From NCBI RefSeq assembly GCF_031292145.1, contig NZ_JARLHR010000120.1: a DNA stretch of 64,000 bases; one strand, given 5' to 3'. The position numbers and the translations under genes are program-made. Position 1 is the stretch's first letter. Each line of letters starts with the position of its first letter. The notes under the pieces are model-generated. The model was not told where the DNA came from and ran no database searches. It saw only the letters and a list, made by a program, of their open reading frames with translations. This DNA is from Clostridium sp. (GTDB lineage Bacteria; Bacillota; Clostridia; Clostridiales; Clostridiaceae). Below are positions 49,564-59,699 of this stretch, piece by piece.

Positions 49564-49747
49564 AACTTAGATAAATATGTGTGAAATAGGCCTTTAAAAA
49601 TGAGCTGTCGAAGGTTCTTAATAGGTGGTTGTTCCACTTTAGCTTGTCACATTGAATAATGGGAGCATGCTAAAGTGGAACAACCACCTATTTAGAACCT
49701 TCCAGCGCAATTTTCATAGTCCTATGGAACACATATTTATCTAAGTT
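49564..49747. repeat. about 184-bp long imperfect palindrome (C2)
   Basis: AACTTAGATAAATATGTGT...ACACATATTTATCTAAGTT, with inner stem AATAGGTGGTTGTTCCACTTTAGC/GCTAAAGTGGAACAACCACCTATT. Confidence 0.8.
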
Positions 49748-49787
49748 CGGTTGATTACCACATAAGTCTAAATCCAATTTGGGTTAA

Positions 49788-50477
49788 CTATAATATTCTC
49801 TTCGGGTTAAAATCTAGATAATCTGCTGATGATAATATATATTCTACTCCATCTAAATATCCATTTAATACTTTCCCTGATAAAACTGGTCCATGCAAGT
49901 GTCCGTATATAACCTTTTCTACATTATATTCTTTTATTATTTTTGTAAATTCTGATTCTTCAATTTTATCATTTACTGGTGGATAATGAAGCATAACTAT
50001 TATTCTTTCAAATTTATTTCTTTTCGCTGCATCTAAAGAAAGTTTTAGTCTGATTTGCTCCCTACTATATATTTTCGCATCTTTCTCACTATATTTATCG
50101 CTACTAGGGCATATCCAGCCTCTGGTACCACATATAGCATAATCATTATAAGTATAAAAATTATTTTGAACAAATTTAGTATTTTCATACATCTGATTTA
50201 GCTTTGAAATACTTCCCCACCAATAATCATGATTACCCTTACTAATAATCTTCCTACCTGGCAATTCATTTATCCAATCTAAATCATATTTACTATCTTG
50301 TTCCCTCAATGACCAAGATATATCTCCAGCTATGAGCACCATATCTTCTTCAGTTATTTTGCTAAGCCAATTTTCTTTTATTTTATCACAATGACCTTTC
50401 CACTTATCGCCAAAAATATCCATTGGTTTTTCAACATTAAAGCCTAAGTGTAAGTCTGAGATAGTATACAGTGCCAC
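49788..50477 (-). CDS. metallophosphoesterase family protein
   Basis: Motifs SDLHLG, GDISW, GNHDYW and GHLH. Confidence 0.75.
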   Translation of the reverse strand: MALYTISDLHLGFNVEKPMDIFGDKWKGHCDKIKENWLSKITEEDMVLIAGDISWSLREQDSKYDLDWINELPGRKIISKGNHDYWWGSISKLNQMYENTKFVQNNFYTYNDYAICGTRGWICPSSDKYSEKDAKIYSREQIRLKLSLDAAKRNKFERIIVMLHYPPVNDKIEESEFTKIIKEYNVEKVIYGHLHGPVLSGKVLNGYLDGVEYILSSADYLDFNPKRIL

Positions 50478-50546
50478 TTAATCCTCACCTTTCTGTTATC
50501 TTTAAATACATAAAAAGCAAACATTTATGTACGTGTCTTATGCCTA

Positions 50547-50804
50547 TTATCTCTTCTTATCTAAATCTGTAATAAATGCTATTACATGCGCTACTGCTTC
50601 ATACAATTCTGTAGGAATTTCATCTCCAACATCTACATTACACAACAAATCAGTTAGTTCTTTATTATAAACTATTGGCACATCATTTTCCGTTGCTTTT
50701 TCTATTATCTTATCTGCAATATGCCCCATTCCTGCTGCTGTAACTATTGGAGCATCACTATTAAATTCATATTTTAATGCTGCTGCCCTTTTCCTCTGAT
50801 TCAT
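50547..50804 (-). CDS. FlhB C-terminal-domain-like (EscU/YscU family) small protein
   Basis: 85 aa reading AAALKY...PIVTAAG...DVPIV...LTDLL, typical of stand-alone FlhB-C homologs found next to fliK-like genes. Confidence 0.6.
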   Translation of the reverse strand: MNQRKRAAALKYEFNSDAPIVTAAGMGHIADKIIEKATENDVPIVYNKELTDLLCNVDVGDEIPTELYEAVAHVIAFITDLDKKR

Positions 50805-50920
50805 ATTTTGTACACCCCCTTTTTTCAGTTAACAGTGCACAATTAACAGTTATGGATAAAAAACTCCTTCTGAGTTTCTTAAAATATTTTTTTAAAACCC
50901 TTTGGGTTTTGTTCTTTAAA

Positions 50921-50955
50921 TCTTAACTCTTAACTCTTAACTCTTAACTCTTAAC
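50921..50955. repeat. heptanucleotide tandem repeat TCTTAAC x5 (GTTAAGA on the minus strand)
   Basis: Five perfect units read directly, between the fliK-like and flhB-C-like genes. Confidence 0.9.
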
Positions 50956-50963
50956 TCAATATA

Positions 50964-52880
50964 TTATACCTTAATATCAATAGCAGAAATAGTTAAATCA
51001 TTAAAGAAACTTCTACAGTTTACCAAATCTACTGGTTTATCTTTAGTTGACACATGCACATTAACAAATAACCCCAGTGTAGCTAATCCATCTGCTAATT
51101 TCTGCTTATTTTTATTTATAGTGGATGCAAAGTCACTCTCACATTTTAAGTTTACATCAATTCTATTATCTCTAATAGTTAAATATCCATCAACTTCTCC
51201 TAAGTGTGCAGTCTTAACACTAACAATCATCTTAGCATTAGTTGTATCAATTTTTTTACCGTCTTTCCTATTATCTTTAATTATAAGTTTACATGGATAC
51301 TCTTGTAAATTTGCCGTTATAGGCATATTTAAATAATAGTATTCATTACTAACAGAATTAAATACTTTAATATCACTAATGTTTGTTTTTATTAAATTCA
51401 TTATTTTATCATATCCATCTTCTTTTAATTCTGTCTTATCTATTATTTCCTTAACTATATCTCTTATATTATTAATTTTATCCTTCATTTCAGCTTTTAT
51501 TTCATCTTTACCACCTAATGTAGTTCTAAGCACTGTATCGTCAGTCTCTAGCTCCCCCATACTTTGCTTAATCTCAACTGTATCTTTCATATCATTAGTT
51601 GACACTTCTTTAGGTTGAATATTACTTTTATCATTTAATATATTTTCTTGCTTATCATCTTTTCCTTGAATTTTATTATTTAATAACTCACTAAATGTTT
51701 TAAATTCATTATCTGTAAGTTTAACTTGCCTGCCTTCAATATTACTTAATAATTCTTCTAATTTTGATTTATTGGATGATTCTATAAGCTTTTCTGCTTG
51801 AGTTTTAGGTGCATCACTTTTTACTATGTCATCCCCCATAGTATCTTTAATTAATTTCACAATTTCTTTATTATCCAATTTTTCAATTAAAGAAGGTGAT
51901 AGATTTATTTTTTCAATATTAGAATCACTAACTCCACTATTAGCATTTTTTTGAATTATATTTAATTCACTATCTTCACTTCCCGCTAATGTTTTTAATA
52001 TATCTAATATATTTATTTTTTTTGTTAATGGATCATTTTCATTATAAATTTTTGAAGCTAACGCTGTTGATGTATCTAAAATATTTCTAGATACTTCCGG
52101 TTCTTTATTTATTAACTTATTATTTATAAAATTATCAAAAACTTTATTATCTGAAGTTTTCTCTGAAAACTCTAAAGAATTTAAAGAATCATTTAATTTT
52201 GTGAGAATCTGCTCTATTGATACGTTACCCTTAAATAATTTATTAAAACTATTTATACTTTCTTCTGAAAAATCCAAGTTATTTTCTACAAACGCAAGTA
52301 TATCATCTGATGTCATATTTTTAAATTCATTAAAAAATTTAGTTAACATTTCTTTAGTAGCTTGACCTTCTGTGCTGTCAGCTGATATTCCTTTACTTTG
52401 CAAATACGTTTGAATAAATGCATCTATCTCTTTGGGATTTGCACTTACCCTTCCATTAAACTGAATCAATCCCTTGATTTGATTAATATTATCCCTAGTT
52501 AAAGGTATATTATGTTTAACCATATTCTTCAAAACATCAATATCATCTTTAGAAAGTCCTTCTTTATCAATTATGTCTTGAAAACTCTCATCTTTATCTA
52601 TTTCTTCATCCGTAGTATTTTGAACTAATTTTAATTTTAACTTCCCATTTTCAAATCCATCTACTTGAAATTTCGCTAATTTTACATTATCTAAATTAAC
52701 ATTACTATCAAGTTCCGCATTAAATTGCCATCCATCCGCAAGCTTTATAGTAATATCATTTCCTTGTCCCTTTTCAACTACTCTTCCTGCAAAACGTTCC
52801 CCTACTTGAAAAGTCAATTTACTAGAAACTTTCTTTGTATTTACATTATATGCATTCCCTACATTCCAAACTCCTGGCAT
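50964..52880 (-). CDS. flagellar hook-length control (FliK)-like protein
   Basis: About 638 aa, low complexity and Asn/Lys/Asp-rich, with a C-terminal FliK-like domain. Start moved to MPGVWN after GGGGGGAG. Confidence 0.5.
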   Translation of the reverse strand: MPGVWNVGNAYNVNTKKVSSKLTFQVGERFAGRVVEKGQGNDITIKLADGWQFNAELDSNVNLDNVKLAKFQVDGFENGKLKLKLVQNTTDEEIDKDESFQDIIDKEGLSKDDIDVLKNMVKHNIPLTRDNINQIKGLIQFNGRVSANPKEIDAFIQTYLQSKGISADSTEGQATKEMLTKFFNEFKNMTSDDILAFVENNLDFSEESINSFNKLFKGNVSIEQILTKLNDSLNSLEFSEKTSDNKVFDNFINNKLINKEPEVSRNILDTSTALASKIYNENDPLTKKINILDILKTLAGSEDSELNIIQKNANSGVSDSNIEKINLSPSLIEKLDNKEIVKLIKDTMGDDIVKSDAPKTQAEKLIESSNKSKLEELLSNIEGRQVKLTDNEFKTFSELLNNKIQGKDDKQENILNDKSNIQPKEVSTNDMKDTVEIKQSMGELETDDTVLRTTLGGKDEIKAEMKDKINNIRDIVKEIIDKTELKEDGYDKIMNLIKTNISDIKVFNSVSNEYYYLNMPITANLQEYPCKLIIKDNRKDGKKIDTTNAKMIVSVKTAHLGEVDGYLTIRDNRIDVNLKCESDFASTINKNKQKLADGLATLGLFVNVHVSTKDKPVDLVNCRSFFNDLTISAIDIKV

Positions 52881-52912
52881 ATCATTTTCTCCCCCCACCA
52901 ATTAATACTTTA

Positions 52913-53068
52913 GAGACCCGAAAGAAAATAACAAGTCAAAGATTCTGAGGATATTTTGCGCTAGGCAAAGAACCATAACCCACGCATAGTGCGCTATGTA
53001 AGGGTTATAGTAATGAAGCATAGCACAAAACAGACCAGAATCTGATTGGTTATTTTTTTGAAGATCCC
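52913..53068. mobile_element. family-A (subtype) MITE-like element, copy A8
   Basis: GAGACCCGAAAGAAAATAACAAGTC...GGTTATTTTTTTGAAGATCCC flanked by TTA/TTA. Confidence 0.7.
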
Positions 53069-53071
53069 TTA

Positions 53072-53191
53072 GACATACGAAAGAAAATATTAAGTCCCTG
53101 ATGGATGTCTATTTCCATTTGATAAGGAAATGCGTTTATCAAATAGTATGCTATTAGATAAACATATGACTTATTATTTTTTTAATATGCC
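53072..53191. mobile_element. family-A MITE-like element, copy A9
   Basis: GACATACGAAAGAAAATATTAAGTC...GACTTATTATTTTTTTAATATGCC flanked by TTA/TTA. The left TTA is shared with A8. Confidence 0.7.
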
Positions 53192-53265
53192 TTAACGCTA
53201 ATTCTAATATACTTATCGTATAATTAATGTATAAATTAACTAAATTCTATTGCTAATTTCACCTA

Positions 53266-53424
53266 GGCACATGAAAATAAATAACAAGTCCAAAGTTGCC
53301 ATGAATATTTTTCATCAGGCAAGAAGGTGAATTGCCCTCATAGCGGGCCTATTAGGTCAATTTGCCGACGTAGGATGATGGGAAATAGGCTGGCAAAAGG
53401 ACTTGTTATTTATTTGATTGTGCC
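53266..53424. mobile_element. family-A MITE-like element, copy A10 (full length)
   Basis: GGCACATGAAAATAAATAACAAGTCC...GGACTTGTTATTTATTTGATTGTGCC flanked by CTA/CTA. Tip CTCATAGCGGGCCTATTAGG. Confidence 0.8.
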
Positions 53425-53650
53425 CTATATTCACATTGCTATTAAATACAAGTATTTCATCAAATCCCATCTTTACAATACTCATTTTATTAGAATAATA
53501 GATTGTTTTATTATAACTCTATATTCAGATAAACATTTCTTATCCTTAGTGTACTATAAATAGTGCAGAAATTGAATGTATAAAAAAATTTTTAACTTAT
53601 TCTCGTACAATATATTATTACGTTAAAATATTATTATGAATTTATTACAA

Positions 53651-54721
53651 TTACTTGTATTCCTTAATCTCTTCCTCCCCATTTAATACTCTAATTGCCC
53701 CTTGCGCCAATGCAAGCATTTCATCTTCACCTGGATAAACTATTATAGGAGCTATAAAAGCTACCTTTTCCTTAAGAAAGTTTATCATTGGTTTTGCATA
53801 AGCCATACCTCCAGTTAAGATTATAACATCTACCTGGCCATTAAGGACTGCTGCTGCTGCACCTATCTCTTTTGCAACTTGATATCCCATGGCATCATAA
53901 ATTAGCTTTGCTTTTGGATTTCCTTCCAATGAAGCATTTTCTACAATTCTTGCATCATTTGTATTGAAATAAGCTACAAATCCACCTTTTCCTGTAATTT
54001 TTTTAAGAATTTCTTCTAGCGTATATTTTCCACTAAAACACATTCTGGCCAAATCCCCGGCTGGAACTCCTCCACTTCTTTCTGGCGAAAAAGCTCCATC
54101 CCCATCAAGAGCATTATTTACATCAATTATCTTTCCTTTTTGGTGTGCCCCTACGGAAACTCCACCTCCCATATGGGCTACTATTACATTCACATCTTCA
54201 TAATTTAAACAAAATTCTTGTGCATATCTTTTAGCTACAGCTTTTTGATTTAAAGCATGAAAAATACTTTTTCTAGGCAATTCTGGAATACCTGATAATC
54301 TTGCTATCTCCTCCATTTCATCAACAACCACTGGGTCTACAATAAAAGCAGGTTTACCAATAGAATTAGCGATTTCTTTTGCTATTATAGCACCAAGATT
54401 AGATGCATGCTCCCCTTGTACACTCTCTTTCAAATCTTGTAACATTGCATCATTTACATTATAAGTTCCACTAAGTATAGGTTTTAAAAGCCCCCCTCTA
54501 CCAACTATTGCATCAAGTTCTTTTATGTGCATATTATTGTCTTGTAATACTTTTAATATAATTTGTGTTCGAAAGTCCTTTTGATCTAATATATGTTCAT
54601 ATTTACCTATTTCTTCTGACGAATGCCTTAGGGTTTCTCCAAATATTTCTTTTTCATCTTCATATACAGATATTTTAGTTGATGTAGAACCTGGGTTTAT
54701 TATTAATAATTTATAACTCAT
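53651..54721 (-). CDS. buk: butyrate kinase
   Basis: 356 aa with INPGSTSTK at the N-terminus and an acetate/butyrate kinase fold. No adjacent ptb. Confidence 0.9.
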   Translation of the reverse strand: MSYKLLIINPGSTSTKISVYEDEKEIFGETLRHSSEEIGKYEHILDQKDFRTQIILKVLQDNNMHIKELDAIVGRGGLLKPILSGTYNVNDAMLQDLKESVQGEHASNLGAIIAKEIANSIGKPAFIVDPVVVDEMEEIARLSGIPELPRKSIFHALNQKAVAKRYAQEFCLNYEDVNVIVAHMGGGVSVGAHQKGKIIDVNNALDGDGAFSPERSGGVPAGDLARMCFSGKYTLEEILKKITGKGGFVAYFNTNDARIVENASLEGNPKAKLIYDAMGYQVAKEIGAAAAVLNGQVDVIILTGGMAYAKPMINFLKEKVAFIAPIIVYPGEDEMLALAQGAIRVLNGEEEIKEYK

Positions 54722-55080
54722 ATTTTATCCTCCTTATATTTCTATTTTTAATATTCCCATATTATTGGAATATTAAACTTTATTTTTTGATTGCTCATTA
54801 ATGCTATAGCAGAAAAGTTCCAATAGCAAATAACCGTACACCAATTGAATTTAGGTGTACGGTTAAAAACATGATAACTTTTTTTAAATTTCTACTTATT
54901 ACTTGGTTCAGTTAATTTTTATTTTTAATATTTTATATCATAATTTACGAATTTCTGAGTGCAATACTAATATTGTCAGGAGATGATATTTATGAACATG
55001 CAATTAGCTCCACATGAAGCTATTGAAGTTAGAACTCTAATATTGCTCTAACTTTTTATCACTACATCCCCTTTATAAAA

Positions 55081-56019
55081 CTATCCAGCTAACCGTGTTA
55101 GTAATATTACATTTTCACTTTTAAATAGATTAATCTCTCCCTTTAGGAGCATAACTTGAGTTTTTTCTATTTTAAATTTGTGTTTTGATATTAAATAATT
55201 GCAAATTTCTTTATTGTAAGTATTGCAATCAATTGATATACTTTCATATTTAATATTCTGAGCATAATTTGCGCAAAAATTTATAATAGAATCTATGGCC
55301 TTCCTATAGTCTACATTACTGTTTATAATAGCTAATTTAATTTGAAAATTTTTCTGTAAATCCTCTCTTATGGATTTCATATAGCATATTGCAATTCCTT
55401 GAATTTTATTTTGAAATTCTAAAGTAAAAATAGTTCCAAATCCATGATTCTTTATTAGGTATAACTCCGATGCTAAATCAAAATTATTGAATGTTTTATT
55501 TGATATAGATTTTAGATTTTCTTTAATTAATAAATAATTTTTCTCATCGCTTATATCTATCTCATTAACATTATATTGATTTACGTGTGATACTATTATT
55601 GGACTTGAGAAATCAATCTGCTTTTTCAAATTCAATGAAAGCTTAAGCGGTGTAAAGCCAAGATTCATATAAAAACCAACATTATATTGAGATTCAGGCA
55701 TAGTATAAAGCCCTATAGTTAATACTTTATAATCCTCTGCTAAAATTTTTATTGTATGATTAATTAATTCTCTTCCAATTCCTTTACTTTGATATTCTGG
55801 ATGCACTCCCAAAGGTCCAAACCATGCAAAAGAACCCCAAATATGTATAAAATTAAATCCTACAACCTTATTGTTTACTTCATATACAATACTTGAATTG
55901 TTCCCAGCCTTAATGTATCCTATTATTCCTTCATTTGTCCTTTTAGCATTAGCTTTAAAGCATAATTTGTCTATTTCTTTTATCTCTTCAACATCTTTTA
56001 ACTGCATAGTTCTTATCAT
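55081..56019 (-). CDS. GNAT family N-acetyltransferase
   Basis: Acetyl-CoA motif QSKGIGRELI in the N-terminal half, plus a second GNAT-like half. Confidence 0.65.
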   Translation of the reverse strand: MIRTMQLKDVEEIKEIDKLCFKANAKRTNEGIIGYIKAGNNSSIVYEVNNKVVGFNFIHIWGSFAWFGPLGVHPEYQSKGIGRELINHTIKILAEDYKVLTIGLYTMPESQYNVGFYMNLGFTPLKLSLNLKKQIDFSSPIIVSHVNQYNVNEIDISDEKNYLLIKENLKSISNKTFNNFDLASELYLIKNHGFGTIFTLEFQNKIQGIAICYMKSIREDLQKNFQIKLAIINSNVDYRKAIDSIINFCANYAQNIKYESISIDCNTYNKEICNYLISKHKFKIEKTQVMLLKGEINLFKSENVILLTRLAG

Positions 56020-56055
56020 CTAAATCTCTCCTATAAGTTAAATTCTTTAAATCTT

Positions 56056-56343
56056 TTATATAATGAATTCTTTAAATCCACTTGAATACTTAGTTGGAAT
56101 AAATTCTATTATTTCATATTTCGCAATGTCATTTTTATAAAAAGGATCCTCCTTAATTATTAAATTTACTTCCTCTTCATCCTTTCCATTACATAATATT
56201 ATTCCTCCAGTTCTTGGTTCTTGCCTTCCTGAACATATGAATTTATTAATAGCATAATATTTTTCAAGAAAAACTACATGCTCATTTAAATGCCTCATAA
56301 CCTCATCTAGTGACTTTTGATATTTTAAAATTACTACAAACAT
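56056..56343 (-). CDS. YciI-like family protein
   Basis: 95 aa with a YciI-like pattern (HLNEH...GGIIL...DPF). Confidence 0.55.
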   Translation of the reverse strand: MFVVILKYQKSLDEVMRHLNEHVVFLEKYYAINKFICSGRQEPRTGGIILCNGKDEEEVNLIIKEDPFYKNDIAKYEIIEFIPTKYSSGFKEFII

Positions 56344-56450
56344 AAAATTGTCCTCCTAAAATAAATTTATGGTACAATTAAATTGTAAATTAGCAGAAAA
56401 GACTATGCAATGTTGAAAAATATAGATTGTACTAGTACAAGAGGTAAGAA

Positions 56451-57788
56451 ATGAGTAAATATCAGGACATAGTGACTTTTATTAATCATGAAATAGAAAA
56501 TCAACATATACAACATGGTGAAAAAATGCCTACCATAAGAGATTTGTCTAAAAGATTCAAGTGTAGTAAGCAAACAGTCGTACATGCTTATGAAATTCTT
56601 CAAAAAGCTCATTTAGTTTATTCAATCCCACAAAGCGGATATTATTTGGTTGACACTAAAGAACTTTACGCACACAAGGAAAATAAAATAATTGATCTTT
56701 CTGCCGGCTCTCCAGATGAGAGTATATTGCAATATGAAGGTTTTCAGCACTGTTTAAACCAAGCAATAGATATATATAAGACCACTCTTTTTAATTATTC
56801 TTCCCCAAAAGGTCTTCCTGAGTTAATATGTACTTTAAAAAAGCATTTTGAAGACTATCAAATTTTCTGTTCTATCGATAACATATATATAACTTCTGGC
56901 TCGCAACAAGCTATAAATATACTTTGCAGTATGCCTTTTCCCAATGGAAAAAGTAATGTGCTTGTAGAACAGCCGACTTATCATGGCACTTTAAAAGCTT
57001 TAGAAACTACAAGAACTCCTGTAATAGGTATTAAAAGAAAGTTTGATGGAATAGATTTTAAAGAACTTGAAAAGAAATTTGCTTATGGAAATATAAAATG
57101 CTTTTATACAATTCCACGCTTTAGTAATCCTCTTGGAATAAGCTATGATAGCAATGAGAAAAAACAAATTATAAAATTAGCTGAAAAATATGATGTATAT
57201 ATAATCGAAGATGATTATCTTGCTGATTTAGAAATCAAAAACAATTCTTATCCTATGTATTATACTGATGTCTCAGATAGAGTCATTTATATAAAAAGTT
57301 TTTCAAAAATCCTGCTTCCAGGCCTTAGAATTGGCGCTGTTATACTACCTAAAGTTTTAAGAAATACCTTTGAAGAATATAAAAAATGGATGGATTTAAA
57401 CACCTCTGTTTTATCTCAGGGAGCCTTAGACATTTATATAAAAAGTGGACTGTTTAATGCAAATAAAAACCATATAAAAAGAATATACACTGACAGAATG
57501 TCTGCACTGAAGCAAGCATCAAGTCAAATTGAAATTTCTCAAATAAAATGGCACATACCCGATACTGGATTTTATGCATGTATTGAATTTTTGGATAAAT
57601 TCAATATAACTTGGTTAATTAAAGAATGTAATAAGAAAGATATCCTCATTGAAGATATGAGCGATCATTACTTAAAAGATTATTTTAATAATGACATTTT
57701 AATAGTAAGTATTGGGAATTGCAAAACATCAGATGTAAGAAATGGAATTCTAGATATGTTAAAATTAATTCAAAGTTATTATAAATAA
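56451..57788 (+). CDS. MocR-type regulator (GntR HTH fused to a PLP aminotransferase-like domain)
   Basis: N-terminal winged HTH (PTIRDLSKRFKCSKQTV) and a fold-type I domain with SFSK lysine. Divergent from the YciI gene. Confidence 0.75.
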   Translation: MSKYQDIVTFINHEIENQHIQHGEKMPTIRDLSKRFKCSKQTVVHAYEILQKAHLVYSIPQSGYYLVDTKELYAHKENKIIDLSAGSPDESILQYEGFQHCLNQAIDIYKTTLFNYSSPKGLPELICTLKKHFEDYQIFCSIDNIYITSGSQQAINILCSMPFPNGKSNVLVEQPTYHGTLKALETTRTPVIGIKRKFDGIDFKELEKKFAYGNIKCFYTIPRFSNPLGISYDSNEKKQIIKLAEKYDVYIIEDDYLADLEIKNNSYPMYYTDVSDRVIYIKSFSKILLPGLRIGAVILPKVLRNTFEEYKKWMDLNTSVLSQGALDIYIKSGLFNANKNHIKRIYTDRMSALKQASSQIEISQIKWHIPDTGFYACIEFLDKFNITWLIKECNKKDILIEDMSDHYLKDYFNNDILIVSIGNCKTSDVRNGILDMLKLIQSYYK

Positions 57789-57877
57789 CACATTATATCT
57801 CATGTAGCAAATAGTTCTTTTGAATCTAGATAATTTGATATTCGCAATAACTAACCTTAATTATATTTCTACAGTAG

Positions 57878-58061
57878 AAATAAGCAACATGTTGTGTGGA
57901 GCGTTTCATTGAAATTTTGATGTTAATGATTCTTGACTAGAAGTTGTTCCAAAATGCTAGTTCAAAACTTGTTTTTGAAGCCAGCATTTTGGGTACAACT
58001 TCTAGTCTTAGAATCATCAATCAAAATTTTTAGAAACCGTAACACAACATGTTGCTTATTT
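57878..58061. repeat. family-B hairpin element, long copy B2 (nested palindromes)
   Basis: Outer arms are AAATAAGCAACATGTTGTGT/ACACAACATGTTGCTTATTT. The inner stem is GACTAGAAGTTGTTCCAAAATGCT.../...AGCATTTTGGGTACAACTTCTAGTC. Lies between the convergent MocR and tyrS genes. Confidence 0.8.
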
Positions 58062-58102
58062 CGGTGAGTAATCACATAACTCTAGAGTGCATATTGTATA
58101 CA

Positions 58103-59323
58103 CTATTTAACTTCTATTTTATTGTAATTCTTCTTACCTCTTTTAATTAAAGCAGCACCATCTTGAAAATCTTCTTTATTTAAAGTTCTAGTTACATCTT
58201 CAACCTTAACTCCATTGATAGATAATCCTCCCTGTTCAACCAATCTTCTACCTTCTTTTTTAGAAGGAACAATCTTAGTGCTTGCCATAATATCTAAAAT
58301 TGGTAATCCAATTTCTTCTCTAGTTATCGTAACAGTTGGCACATTTGACATATCAGCTCCGCCAGCAAATAGGGCAGTTGCTGCTTCTTCTGCTTTTTTA
58401 GCTTCTTCTTCTCCATGAACCAACTTAGTTATTTCATAAGCAAGCACTTTCTTAGCGTTGTTTATTTCTGCACCTTCTAAGCTTCCCAATCTTCTTACTT
58501 CATCCATTGGCACAAATGTTAATAATGCTAAGCACTTTTCAACATCTGCATCATCTACATTTCTCCAATATTGATAGAAATCATATGGTGAAGTTTTTTC
58601 TGGATTAAGCCATAATGCTCCACCAACAGTTTTACCCATCTTTTGACCTTGGCTGTTAGTTAATAATGTACAAGTCATAGCCATAGCTTCACCTTGAGCT
58701 TTTCTTCTTACAAGTTCAACTCCAGCTATCATATTAGACCATTGATCATCTCCACCAAGCTGCATCTTACAGTTATATTTTTGATTTAATTCATAGAAAT
58801 CATAGCCTTGCATTAACATATAGTTAAATTCTAAGAAAGATAATCCTTTTTCTAATCTTTGCTTAAAACATTCAGCTGTTAACATTCTGTTTACTGAAAA
58901 ATGGACTCCTACTTCTCTTAAGAAATCAACGTAATTAAGATTTAATAACCAATCAGCATTGTTTACCAATAAAGCCTTGTCATCTGAAAAATCTATAAAC
59001 CTTTCCATTTGTTTCTTAATAGAATCAACATTATGCTGAATATCTTCTTTTGTAAGCATTTTTCTCATATCAGTCTTACCACTTGGATCTCCAACCATAG
59101 CTGTTCCACCACCAATTAAAGCTATTGGTCTATGTCCTGCTTTTTGCATATGTGCCATAAACATCATGGCTATAAAATGTCCTACATGTAAACTATCTGC
59201 TGTTGGGTCAAAGCCTATATAAAAAGTTATCTTTTCATTTTCTAATAACTTTCTTGTTTCTTCTTCATGCGTAAATTGTTTTATGTATCCTCTTTCTAAT
59301 AGCTCATCTAATACACTTGCCAT
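58103..59323 (-). CDS. tyrS: tyrosine--tRNA ligase
   Basis: 406 aa with HIGH (HVGH), KMSKS-type KMGKT and a C-terminal S4 domain. Confidence 0.95.
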   Translation of the reverse strand: MASVLDELLERGYIKQFTHEEETRKLLENEKITFYIGFDPTADSLHVGHFIAMMFMAHMQKAGHRPIALIGGGTAMVGDPSGKTDMRKMLTKEDIQHNVDSIKKQMERFIDFSDDKALLVNNADWLLNLNYVDFLREVGVHFSVNRMLTAECFKQRLEKGLSFLEFNYMLMQGYDFYELNQKYNCKMQLGGDDQWSNMIAGVELVRRKAQGEAMAMTCTLLTNSQGQKMGKTVGGALWLNPEKTSPYDFYQYWRNVDDADVEKCLALLTFVPMDEVRRLGSLEGAEINNAKKVLAYEITKLVHGEEEAKKAEEAATALFAGGADMSNVPTVTITREEIGLPILDIMASTKIVPSKKEGRRLVEQGGLSINGVKVEDVTRTLNKEDFQDGAALIKRGKKNYNKIEVK

Positions 59324-59433
59324 TATAGTACCTCCTAAAAATCTTCTTATTTAAAATAAATTATAGTAATAAACGAATACTTCAAAGTAAACTTCGAATT
59401 TAATAACTTTATAGTATTTAAATCACTTATTAT

Positions 59434-59462
59434 AGTATATCCTCAACCTTAAGTTTTGGCAA
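59434..59462 (-). promoter_or_regulatory. candidate sigma-A promoter for tyrS
   Basis: Minus sense reads TTGCCA, a 17-nt spacer, then TATACT, about 110 nt upstream of the ATG. Confidence 0.35.
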
Positions 59463-59549
59463 TAATTCATACATACTAAGCCTATAATAAAGGATTATAA
59501 AATTATATTTTCTTACATAATTTATCATGAATTTATTTGACAAGTTCAA

Positions 59550-59600
59550 AAAAGAGCCACCATCGAATAACTAAAAAATCATTCTCTGGCGACTCCTTAT
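59550..59600 (-). terminator. terminator after the GPH transporter gene
   Basis: Minus sense reads GAGTCGCCA..loop..TGGTGGCTC (two G-U pairs) followed by TTTTTT. Confidence 0.55.
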
Positions 59601-59699
59601 TCTTGGTAATATTATCAAATCGATTACTAAAAACAATCTTTTTCTGCAACATTGTTTTCTAATAATTGAATTTTAGCAAACTTAAAATAATATTAAACT

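Noticed and set aside
53327-53563. 78-aa plus-strand ORF
   Set aside because: Its 5' half is the interior of MITE copy A10, so the ORF is an artefact of the repeat.
54975-55050. 19-aa ORF MNMQLAPHEAIEVRTLILL with a good RBS (AGGAGATGA)
   Set aside because: It resembles only the first residues of coat-F-type spore proteins and stops after 19 codons. It is likely a gene remnant and too short to call.
56403-56612. 69-aa minus-strand ORF overlapping the MocR gene start
   Set aside because: It is antisense to the well-supported regulator gene and its promoter region and has no RBS.
59324-59699. Expected a T-box leader upstream of tyrS
   Set aside because: No GGTGGTACCGCG-like T-box, F-box or AG-bulge motifs occur on the minus sense. 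The hairpin plus U6 at about 59550-59600 is best read as the terminator of the upstream symporter gene, because it lies about 230 nt from the tyrS start with a plausible promoter in between.
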